Position numbers and translations under genes: made by a program. From Phoronis australis (taxonomy: Eukaryota > Animalia > Phoronida): 64,000 nucleotides of DNA. The notes under the pieces are model-generated. The model worked only from the letters and a program-made list of their open reading frames with translations. It was not told where the DNA came from and did no database searches. The DNA lies in NCBI GenBank assembly GCA_002633005.1, contig NMRA01000317.1, positions 62,001 to 126,000 on the forward strand. The letters are read 5' to 3'. Positions 10,601 to 22,600 of the stretch are shown here, piece by piece (position 1 is the stretch's first letter; each line of letters opens with the position of its first letter).

Positions 10601-13600
10601 CAAGGATGTCGACATCAACTCCACTAAGCACCCCCCTCCAGCCCTTCCACCGATGCCTGATGGACTTGACTCTAAACAGGTATTGCTAAAGGATTGGCCT
10701 GCATGTGTTGCATGATCGAACAGTTGTAACATTAGTCATTCAGGTTTAATTAACATAATTAGCATAGCTAGTCTCTTCAAACATTTAGGGTCAATAGGGC
10801 TGTCCCAGATTACTCAGGGGCCCCGAAAATCCATGTGTTCACCTGCAATGTTGCAATATCCGTCGAGCACTTTTATAGACCCATGGTTTAATTTTCACGC
10901 CATTGGAATTCCATTTGGTCTTTGTTGTCATATTCTTTACAAGTTTTTCTTGGTTGCATTACTTTATTCATTCTTCCTTTGCCAACAAAGTTTTACTGCT
11001 GTGGTGTGGGCCTGCAACGCTGATGGGAGAAAGTTTGATACACTTGACAAATATTTGTGGATTCACGATGTTCTTCGCTTTCCCATTATCAATCAAAGTC
11101 CTATAAATGCTGAGCTAATGAATAAAACAAGTTCCTCGAGTTAATTTTGAACCCATCAGAATCCCCTTTTTCGAAGATACCCTTTCAATTCTAGAACTGT
11201 TGAATGTTTGAAATTGCTAATATTTCCACGAACATACACCTTGATGGTTTCTGACATGACGTTGAATATGTGCCTAACATTCCAAAGTGAGTTGCACGCT
11301 TTTTTATCTTCAAGACAAAGGAAAGTTTTATCACTGTGTAATCCGATACGGCCTTATTACATATCAACCTAAACAGTATCTTGTGTGACTTTACAGATAG
11401 TTTTCTACAAAATCGACAAATTTCACTTAATTTTCTCTTCTTGTTTTATCGGCAAAATCATAAAGGGAAACTATCCTATGAAAAATTGCAACACCGTTCA
11501 ACGTTTCACTGACAAATTTATGTGAAAACAATACTGTAACTGGCATGCATGCTAGATTAACTGTTATTGTGGATTTTAAGGGTATTGAGTTACTTTGTGC
11601 TCTGGTTGACCTTTATTTAAGAATGCTTACATTTTCTGTTTTCCTTTGTTCTGTCAATCCACGTGGTTACTAACACGGCTTCCTGTATACTGTAACCTAA
11701 CATGGGTTTAGTTTGAGGTTTGTATTCATCTTCTACCTCGGTGATTTCTTTGCATGTAAATTCATAGTGGGCTTATTTCACCTTAGATTAACGACCCTTC
11801 CCACACAGTGAGTATAGGTTTTGCTGTTTATGGCTGGTTTGTTGTGATTAATTCCAATGATTTGTTTATTTTCTTTGGCAGTGCTTTATGGTTTGTAGGC
11901 GAATTACTGTCCTTATGCGGCTGCTGCATGCCTTTGGTGTCCTGGGTTGTGTGCAGACCTTGTGTTCACCTGCAATAGTTGGCTTAGTAGTTGCATTCTC
12001 TTTACCAATTTGTTTTCCAATTCTTTATTTCGTTCTGTATCTCTGTAGTGGCAAGTCACAATTAATATTATATTTTCTGATTTGTTGGTTGAGTCACGTG
12101 CAATCTTTCTTACGTAAAATTTTAACGGTAAACTGTTCACTCTTTTTCATCTGCAAATTTCAATGTGACTCTGAGTTGTTGAATTTTGAAACAAGGTAAT
12201 CTTTGTCACGTGAGTAAACTTGCAACCTAAAACAAGCTGGCTATGTTTGATGGGTTCCATATGGTCTTACGATTGCTTTGTGTATACATCCTGCCTTTTT
12301 ATTTTTGTGTGATCTCAGTTGATACTAACATGCATTCTTTTGCTGATTAAATGTTTGGTACTAAACTTATGACTTAAGACAGCTCTAGTGTTTGGTCTAT
12401 CGCAGCTGAAATATCTCGTTATATAATAAATACTTACACAATCTGTGGTAAAGCACCTTAGTAACTCTTACTAGGTACATCCGTATTCTGTGTTTTCAGA
12501 TCAAGCGTCGACATATCATTGCCTCTATAGTTAGTAGTGAACAGTCCTATTTGGAGTCGGTGACCAGACTTGTCAAGGTATTAGTTACATTCAACTACTT
12601 TTTGAAAAGCTAAGTTTATTATGGCCTATTAAACTCCTGGCATCTTAATACACGCAAGTAAGAAGTTTGATGTAATTTGCCTGTGGTTATTTACTAATGA
12701 TCTTTAAATCATAGATTCAATGATCAAACTATATAAGTCGATTTCTTTTTTCTAAGGGAATTTTTAAAAACACGACAGTGTTATTTATTGCTATAGTGAA
12801 CACTCACTCGAATGCGGTAATCGTTGGTCCTCCAAAGAGCAGGAGTAGAAAAAAATTACACTAATATATAAGAAGACTGTTATCTTTCATAAATTATCAG
12901 TTCTCATTTGCGGACAACAATAAAAGGACAAAGCTAATAATTATAACAACAGGTGGCATACATTATCGTGTGTGCGTGTATTCTGAGGGGCTGCTAGTTT
13001 TAAGGCGTTAATTCTGCCTTTTTTCTAACAGAGTGCAATTAATGCTACTTGTGTAAGTTCAGTCATGACCCCAAACATGTTCTGGGTCACCCAGCGTGGG
13101 TGGTTGGGAGATAGGTATGTTATCTCTAATATTACATGTAATACTTCATTTAAAACTTTCTTTTCACGTTTTCTGCAGGAATACGAACAACCTCTCTTAG
13201 ACAATCCCAACATTCTGTCTAAGGATAAAATCAGAACGATGTTCTTCAAACTGCGAGATATCCGCCAGATTCACCTGCAGTTTCAGATAGCTCTCAAGGT
13301 CACCATTGATGCCTGGGACCAAAAGGAAGAGATTGCTGATGTATTCATTGCTTCAGTAAGTTTGGCTTTGATTTCAGTCACTTGATTTTCCATGTACTGA
13401 AAAGGGGCAACTTTGTAAAGGCTGGTGCTTGTGAGTGACTTGCAATAAAGAAGTGTTACCTAGCCATGGTATCAATGGTTGCATTGCACGAGCGTGATGT
13501 TTGATTTCTTCAAGCTCACAGACGAATAGCCTTCAGGCTCATATCAGCAGACGCATTCAAGACTCCACTAAAAAATTGACCGTTCACGATGCGTGACAGT

Positions 13601-16600
13601 GTGCTACGTCTGGAATGAAAGTTTAGTGGTCTTGTGGGTGTTATGCAGGGATGTCTGTGTTCTGAGATTGATGATCCTTTTAGGAATACATTCATTACAA
13701 GAAACAGCAACTGTTGAAATTTGATGTTCAAGTTGTGTTCATATTTGCACCAGTTACACTCTCCATCTTTTGAAGTCCTAAACTTAAAGGCATAGTGCAT
13801 GCTGTTTTGGACTCGATCCAAAATTGTCAAACAAGTTTGAGTTCTTATAAGAAATTGTTCCTAGGAACCAGTCCTAGTCATGGTGTAGTTAACTTCCCTT
13901 ACTTTTGTTTTTTGACAGCTGCAATATTGACACAAAAATCATAACCTATCATTAAAATACATTACATGTCCCAAGGTAACAGTCATACTACCAGTGCAAC
14001 ACGGGATTGTTTGTGTGTGGTTATACGCAGTATATCCTTAACTTTTAGCTAGTCCTATGTATTTAGTGTATAAAACTGTATTAAGTTACAATTTGAGTCT
14101 GTTTTGTTTTTTTAGTTTGGAAAGACGATAGTGTTTGACGTGTACAGTGCATTCGTCAACAACTTCTCTCTGGCCATGGAGACAGTTAAGTTGGTCTCAC
14201 GACAGAAGCAGGCCTTCGCTGATTTCGTTAAGGTGACTTCTGGTTATCACCCTGTTAGATTTTGGGGAAGTCATTAAGTACTATTCTCCAGGAATGTAAA
14301 GATCAAGAAATTTCCACTGTCACGATCTTATCTAGAATCGCGCTCGATTAAACTTGTCCAGCAAGTCTTTTGTCTTTGGTACACAATGCTGTGTTAAGCT
14401 GGTCAGAGGTTACAGTCACACAAACGAAAGTTAAGTCTAATTTCTCTGAAAGTCAACCGTTTTTCTCCATTCGAAGTTTTTGGGTGAAACTATTTCATAC
14501 AAAAGTCATCTGCTTTACGACATTTGTTGAAAGTCATTTGCAAATAGTATTTTTAAATATCGGTTATCATCAGGCGCACTGTTTACAACATATTTGGTGG
14601 ATTACATGATCTTATCAGATGAAAGCACTCAATAAGATAGCTGGATTTTGTAAGCATTGGTTTGCCAATGTCAAACTGGTAACGACATGTCTGTAACCCG
14701 ACTGGCCGACCAGTCAATCAGGATACTCATTTCACAGCGCAGGTATGTTAAGTCGTGTGAAAGAGAATTAAAGTGGTGGATGTTTCATTGACTGACTTTT
14801 GTATGACAATTTACAACAGTTATCATGAAGTTTATTTGGAGTGATCATAGAACACATACTTGAATTGAATGCATCACTTTAATCTGGTGTTGAAGCTGCA
14901 GCTGAAGACACTGTGGTATAAAATAGTCCCAACTTCTAACCAATTGCAATGAGCAAAGAGGTCAACGTTTCTTCAATAACCTATGATAGACTATGCATTT
15001 TGGCCTTCGAAGGTGTAAGTAATCTGCATAGTGGCTTAGAATTTTGTAGATGGTTACAAATTATGGATGTCATTCACACACAATAGAAGTTTTCAAAATG
15101 ACATGCAATTTCAATGAAAGTAGTTCTTTGTGAACCTGCTTTTAGTCATACAGCTGTGCCAGTTGGACTGTGTAAGTAAACACAGCTTAGCCAAGACATT
15201 TTGTACCTGGCTGAGAAGATAATGGTTTATTACTCCTTATGGGTTTTGAATACCTGGGCCCAGATTGTGTTCCACCATTGTTTGTTCATGTAACTTCTGC
15301 TAAGTATAGAGACTTAAGAACATTTAAACTGCAGATTAGATGGCTCTCTGGAACATGAATATTATGTCTGACCATAAGTAGATCTATCATCTAGTTGAAT
15401 GGCACAGGTCACATACTTCCTTGTCTTCTACAGCAAAAGATGATGACCAGTACAGACAAGCTGTCCATCTTTGGCCTGATGGTGAAGCCAGTCCAGAGAT
15501 TCCCACAGTTCATTTTACAGCTACAGGTTTGTGAAAAGATAGTTGACTCTAGATTTTGGAAAAGCATCTGCACTTCAGATCCAGTAATGGAGGACAAAAT
15601 GTCGCTCCCTATTTCATAAATCGCCATCAACATATCCATGTTGAAGAGAATGTGATGGAAAAGTGATGTTAATGTCATTTTAAAAAATTTTGTTGCCGAG
15701 TACTGCGCAAGTGTCATCAAATACATAATAGCAGATTGAGCATTAGCAACTAGGTTGTGAAAATGTATGATAAAAGACAGTTTGGTTTAATTCTTTTGGT
15801 TGGAAATTTAAGACCCTTTGCCATAACCAAGTTGCAAGTATTTGTAAACTAGATTGTAAATTATACCACAGTAGATACTGACCTTAGTTACTGAATATTT
15901 CATGACATCTACTGATAATCGACTTTTGTTACCAGGATCTTCTAAAGCACACTCCAGAGGATCATAAAGACCGATTGAAACTGCAGATGGCGCTGACTGA
16001 GCTGGAGAACCTGGCTCACAAACTGAATGAGAACAAACGGGAAAGTGAGCGCAAGTATGCCATAAGGGCAGTTCTGAGTAATCTGAAATTGTCCCAAAAG
16101 GCGGAGGAGCGAGGCATCAGTAGGACACTGATAAGGCAGGACAACATGATGCAAGTAGTACGTACATTTTGGACTTGGAATTTTGCAGACGGTTGTAAAT
16201 CTTGGGTGTCGCTCACACACTGTATGCCACTTGAAATTGACATGCAAGGTCACTGAAAGCAGTTCTTTGTGAACCCTGCTTTTAGTCAAACAACTGTCAC
16301 AGTTGGACTGTGTTCATGACAACGTTTTCCCGTTCAATGACTTTAGCAGACGAAGGGAGTTCTGAGCGTGTGATAACATCTAGCTTCTTTGTTAACTGCC
16401 AAACAAAGTCTTTTGTCTGTTATGACAACAGGAAGGCCAATTATCTACCAGGCTTATTACATACCAGGTGTGAACACCGTCAGACCCAAAGTGAATTGAT
16501 ACATTCCAAAAGAATAGATTATCGTAACTTCAGTTGCAGTTGGGCTGTTTTGGCAATTCAAAAACTAAACATGATCACCATTTGACGACGATTTCAGAAA

Positions 16601-19600
16601 TCCTATTGTTTTATGCTCAAATATGTTATAACTTAACTTTTATTTTTAGCAGCACACCTCAATCAGGTTAGATACGATCTTATTAAAGATTAGAGCAATT
16701 ATCGAACAAAAGTGAGCTGGCCCTCCAACCCTGAATGCCAGAATGGAGTTAATCAGTCGTGTAAGATATTGGCTACAGGGGTATACTTCCCAACTTGTTG
16801 TTGGGCTATGGAATCGATCAAGTTGGGAGCAACGGGAAAACGCCGTAATGTACTAAACACGTCTGAACAAAGGGTTTTTGGTCCTTGTTGAGAAGATAAT
16901 TGATTATTACCTTGTGTGAATTCTGAATAGCTGAGCCCAGAATGTAACCATGGATACTCCTACAATCTGTTCATATGGTTGAATTAACTGTAGTGAACCT
17001 CTCCACATTGATGACAGTCAATGCTGTAGTAAACCATGTCATGGTGTTCAACTTTCTTCATACTCTCCAAACCAAACTCACTGAGTGAGTTCCTTTGCTT
17101 TTCATTGAATTGAAGTTGATTACAAATTACTTGCGCTGGTGGTTGTACTGCCAAGATGGCTGACACTAGGCCGCCATTATAAACAAAGTTATTAGGCCTG
17201 GTTTGGTAAACCAATGAACACTATCAGGTCTTGTCCAGCTGAGAAATTGTTATAATCTGAATAAGAAACAAGATGTGACCAATTTTGTAACAAAGAGTGA
17301 CCTAAATAAACTGTTAGTTTTGACAGAAGGTGCATGTTTATTGTCACTTTTAAAAACTTCACTCGGAGTTTAAGCAACATTCCGTGTCCAGGCTCATGTA
17401 TATAGGGGTATCCTTGGTTATTTTACTAACTATGTCCAAAAAAGGCATTTCACAATCCTACCATGTGTTTTCTAGGAATACAACTCTAATGGTGAAATGA
17501 TCAAATCTAAGCCACGTCGTATGATCATACTCAGTGATCTGTTGATCTGCGCTACGGTGATGCACCGCGAATCTAGTGTAGATGCACCAGAAAGAACAAC
17601 TGAGAAATATAGCATCAAGTGGCGTGTGCCCATACAGGAAGTGGAATACGTCGAGACAGCGGTCACATCACACATGCAAGTGAATATCTTTGGGGGAGCG
17701 GGTAGGACGACGCTGGTACATAAAGGTAAGGAGGTGGGAAGTGGGGTGGGGTATACAATGGAATGATTTGGAGCACTGTATTCCAAATTATGATGCCTTT
17801 CAGTGAATATTTGTTGAACACATAACAATGCTCAAAGATGAAAGTTTGTGAAAAACCTGCGTTTTTATGGGCAACTCACTGGGGTGTGCCGCATGCTGGC
17901 TCTGTGTTCCTAGTATGTGCCATTGCCTTGCATCTGAATGGGTCACGTATTCTTGTAACCCTGTGTTGTTTTATCTATGCCTGCATGTTGATGAGACAAG
18001 AACAGTCACAAATCAAAGTACAGATGTCATGTTATTCATTAGTCATGTCTTTTGACCGTCTGTTTTATTTTTGCACTGCAATCGATTGTCAAAGATACAG
18101 ATAGCTCGAGTGAATATCGTTGAAATTTTTGAATCGTGAACATTGTTGTGTGTTCAACGAATTTTGTCTACAGGAGGGGCTACGGCCAAATTATTCTTAT
18201 TCCGAGGGGAACATCCAGAATGCTTTACTGCTGTTATTTGCCAGAAGCATTGAAACTGAATTGCAGGAATCTCCTTTAGGTTAATTGTGTTCATTGCTTC
18301 AGTTACACCGTCTCTTGTTATTGCTAATTGTGTGTTCTGCGTGTTTCCTCAGAGGTCCACCAGGAGGAGCCAGTTCACCTGCATTCAGAAGTTAGCAACA
18401 TGCTACATGATCGAGCAGTTCTGGCTCAGATTTCTGCGTTATCGAGTTCTCTCAAACTGGCTCACAAGGTACGATCAACTCGATGTCAAATTGCTATGCA
18501 AGCACAAAGTTACGCCTCAGTCATGTCCTTGTTATAGATTAATGGCACGTACCCCACCCTGTATTCATATTGCAGCTCGTTTTTACCTCTCAGACTCACA
18601 AAGTTGGCCCAGTGTGTTATATTTAGATCATGAGTAATTATTTGCCTCTGAGGTACCACAAAAACAAACCTGGGTAAATTTTCAGACATGGTGCCGGTGA
18701 ATGGGAAGTGCATCGGAGGTGGGTTAAGTGGTTCGGTTTTGCCTAGTTGCAATTATTATTCCTTAAACCGTCATCATGACCAGAAATGAGCGTATTATTT
18801 GTTAACAAGAATAAAGATTTGCTTTGACTCTTGCTGTTCATATTAATTTTGGGAACATATCAGGAACCCTGAGAAATGATAAATGTGACTCTGAAAGCAG
18901 GCCTAAATCCATAAGCCCAGGGACCTGCCGTGGAGTCACAATTAACGTAACTTTTTCCTACTGCTAGTTTTTCCAGAATCAGAAATTGCTTCTCGTCTTC
19001 ATAAGGAACTAATTAAGACTATTTTTGTATTCAGTAAGTGGTTTAAATCAAAAATTAGTTTTTGACAGGAAGCTGCTTCAGCTGCGTATCAGTTTCAATA
19101 AAAAAATGAAATATATGTGGGCACAATCAGCCATTAAGTCCTACATTGTCAGTTCACGACCATCAAGTTGATTAATATCAGTAATGATGGCTTAGTGTCG
19201 GCAACACTATGGGGAAGTCTGACTTGTGTGCCTAATGTAACAATAGGACACTTGTCTAAATTATCTTAACACCCCCAGAGAATGTTGTTGGATTCGCAGT
19301 AGGGGAGGGTGTAATGGATTTTTCTAATTGAATTTGAAATAAAAATATTCAAATGTTTTAGAAGTTAGTCAATGTCATAAAACAACAACTGCATTACGAC
19401 TTTTTATCATTGTTGAGCTCCCTTAAATACGTTTTTTGAAGATATGTTATTCTTAGAATTACTTTCAAATGGTCAAAATTATTGGTTTTCCAGAATTTCT
19501 CGGCTGATTTAATAGATGGATTATTGAAGGATTTACAGAAGACCATCTATACCAAGACTGAACAGTTGAAGGTGTTAGAGGGCAGCACTATACAGTTGAT

Positions 19601-22600
19601 CATTCCTGCCAAGTGAGTGAACAAAGCAGTCATTTACAACATACAGTCATTTGGTCATTACTGCTAAGTGAGTGATCAAAGAATGCAATCTTTACACTAT
19701 ACAATTGATCATTCCTGCCAAGTGAGCGATCAAAAATAGCAGCCATTTATGATCAGTTGATGGTTTGTGCCAAGTGAATGAACAGACAGCAGCCAATCGA
19801 ACTAATTCTGGTCATCAATACTGGAAAGTTAATGAACAAACTTGGTACAGATCATATTCATCATTCCTGTCTGGTGAACAAACAAAGATGGCAATCATTC
19901 GCTGTCTATAAAATTGTTCATTCCTGCCCAGAAAATGATCAAACATAGCAGTCATTTACATTGCACAGATGTTCATTATTGTCAAATATGTGAATTAATG
20001 TCACTTACTTTTTGTCTTTCTGTCAAGTAGCCTGTGTGTGTGTTTAAAGGGGAGCGTTACTTTTTTCAGTCAAGTAGTTTTTGTTCAATTTGGCATATGC
20101 TACCTTCTCTAAATTGTGTTTTGAATCTTTGTGTTGATTTTATTGCGCGCTTGTAGGGAATGCAGCTTAGCTAAACAGGTTGAAATTTTAGACAAAAGTC
20201 AGAACTTGTTCACTGTGTTGTCACTTCAGGTTTGAGAATCTACTATTTTTATTAACTTCATTTTGTATAGAAAACATCTGAAAATATTCAAAACACCTGG
20301 AATAGGAATTGAAATATGCCAAATTGATCTAAAAGGCCTTCAAAAAGGTGATGCTCCACATTAATACCTGTTTTGAAAAGTGTGGTTTGCTTTGTATATG
20401 TTTTAAATTGTAGTAAAATTGTAAAAAGGTTACGGAACATTGTAAACACCTAAACTAATTTCGTAAAATAAAGCTGAGAGGAATGACATGAGTGCATTTT
20501 CAGCAGTACGTGAAGAGTTTGGTAGAAAGAAGAATCATACAATGTCCTGAGTTATTTAGCTTTTTGTCATCAGCTCTTCGTTTGTAACTGTTACCTAATG
20601 AACCTGGAATGAAGAACAGTTTTTGACTGCTAGAGGCGTGGCATTGTACTCTTGAGCCTAGTATTGCTTGCTTATGTCGCGTGTTATAGTACGGCATTGC
20701 TTCATATTTCACGTAGAGGTGTTAAGTGTTTTTGGGAATCACGTAGTTGCAAGCAATAGGTCACCGCACTCTCTACTCTCCTGTTGGTTCTAGTGAACAG
20801 AAAAGAAGCAGATCGCACGATCAGACCGCACATGGACCGCACCACAAGAAGTATTTAGTCAATAGGTGATCAACTGCTGTTTCTAAAATTTGTGAAGTGT
20901 TTGCTTGCTTCTCTGTCTGTACCATCAATTCGTGTCTGTTATTTTTCAATGAGGTGGTTGTTTCGTGTTCTTGTCGTCTGCTGCTTTGTCTGTCTGTCTG
21001 TCTGTCTGTTGTTTCTGTTTTCATCTTGTCTGTGCAAGTTTGCTGGAATATTTTATACACACGCTGTGTCATTTAGTTGGCCCCTTCTAAGATAATGTAG
21101 AAGAGTTTACATGAGAAAGATTCATGAATTTCTTAAATGAACTCTCTGATGTGTAATATGATAGTGCGAAAATTGGAAATATTAGAAATCAGTCAATGTT
21201 ATCGCCATCTGTTTATGCCGATTTGGCTTTTATGTGCATCAAACATTTGTTTGGTTCTTTGGATTAAGGATTGTTTATCTGCTAAGCAAGCTTATTGCTT
21301 CAAAGGAGAATATGCCTTTTATGCCTTTATACTTTGCGATTAATTTCTCTACGTCTTTGATGATTGTCTTTGCTGTTGTTCAGTGTTATTTGTTTGTTAA
21401 CCCATTATTACTTCTGGGTCTGTTTCATGAAAGTGACTTCAGACTGAAATTTGGTCTTACGCTTCTATTTCACTATTGCTAAGAAAAGTTTAGCCACGCA
21501 ATTGTGAGCGCTTCGCTGTCCAGAAATAATTTATACCAGTTATCTACGACCGTAACTTGTTATGTGTAACGCTCTCAGAGACTTTGGACTTTAACACGAG
21601 TAGGATTTAATTATTTTTTCGAAAATAATTGTGTGGGACGTGAGACCAAAATAATTTTGATCTTCAGTCTAGTCACTTTTAATGAAAGAGACCCCTGGCT
21701 GCTCTCTCATAGTGTTATCACTGCAGCTTCAGTCCATGAAGTGTGTCAACCTATGGTTTCTTGTGTTTCCCAGACTCTCGCATGCCACTGCTGCTTATAG
21801 CATGTCAAATTAAAGCATCTACACCAATGTAAGTGGACACTTATATGTTTCCCATTTCGCTTGCCTGGTACGGTGAATTGCATGGAGTCGTGGAGGAGAT
21901 TTCAATTCCCTCATTTAATTACTCTAGGCATGTGTAAGAGAAACCATAAAAATGTCCTTGGAACAATTTGTCATTTCTTCATAAAATGAACTTTGCGTGT
22001 TGTGTTCTTAGTTAAGTACTCATCGGCCTAGTTTTACTTGAGGGAATAAAAACATTAATGATTATAATAACAAGTTTGAGCTTGGAATATGGTAAAATCT
22101 CAGTAATTTTGAACTCAATTTGGTGGACAAGTAAAATTAAAGATTTTTGATTTTTTCTATGAAAGATAGCAATAAATTTGTGCTTTCACATGTTCAAGGC
22201 CTGTACCATAGCAACCACCAGACAATAGTTTGAAAAATTGTGTTTGGACATTTACAACATTGTTTGAAGCCTTTGAAAAACAAAAAAGTAATTGGTAATT
22301 GTTTTTGTCCAGAAGCTGTGAAATTTTACCATACTACCCAGTTTGAATTCTCCAAATCTTTTTGTATCAGCGACATGCTTTTAGTAACTTCAGTCGTACG
22401 TTCTTTTCTTCCAGATCAACTAGTACAGTACGCTATTTCTTCCGTACACCCTCTCCTGGCTTGAAGCGTGATTGGGTGCTGGACTTCCAGGCTAGCAAAC
22501 TTGCTCTTGGTAAGCACACGGAGTGGTATTCAGCACCAGGTTGATCTCAGGGATGGGTGTTTTTAAAAAATGTCTACCTCTCTCCATCGATCAATTGTTT

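Noticed and set aside
14030-17415. U12-type signals: TCCTTAAC at ~14036 and GTATCCTT at ~17408
   Set aside because: They are not at the ends of the same intron; the modelled introns have ordinary U2 donors.
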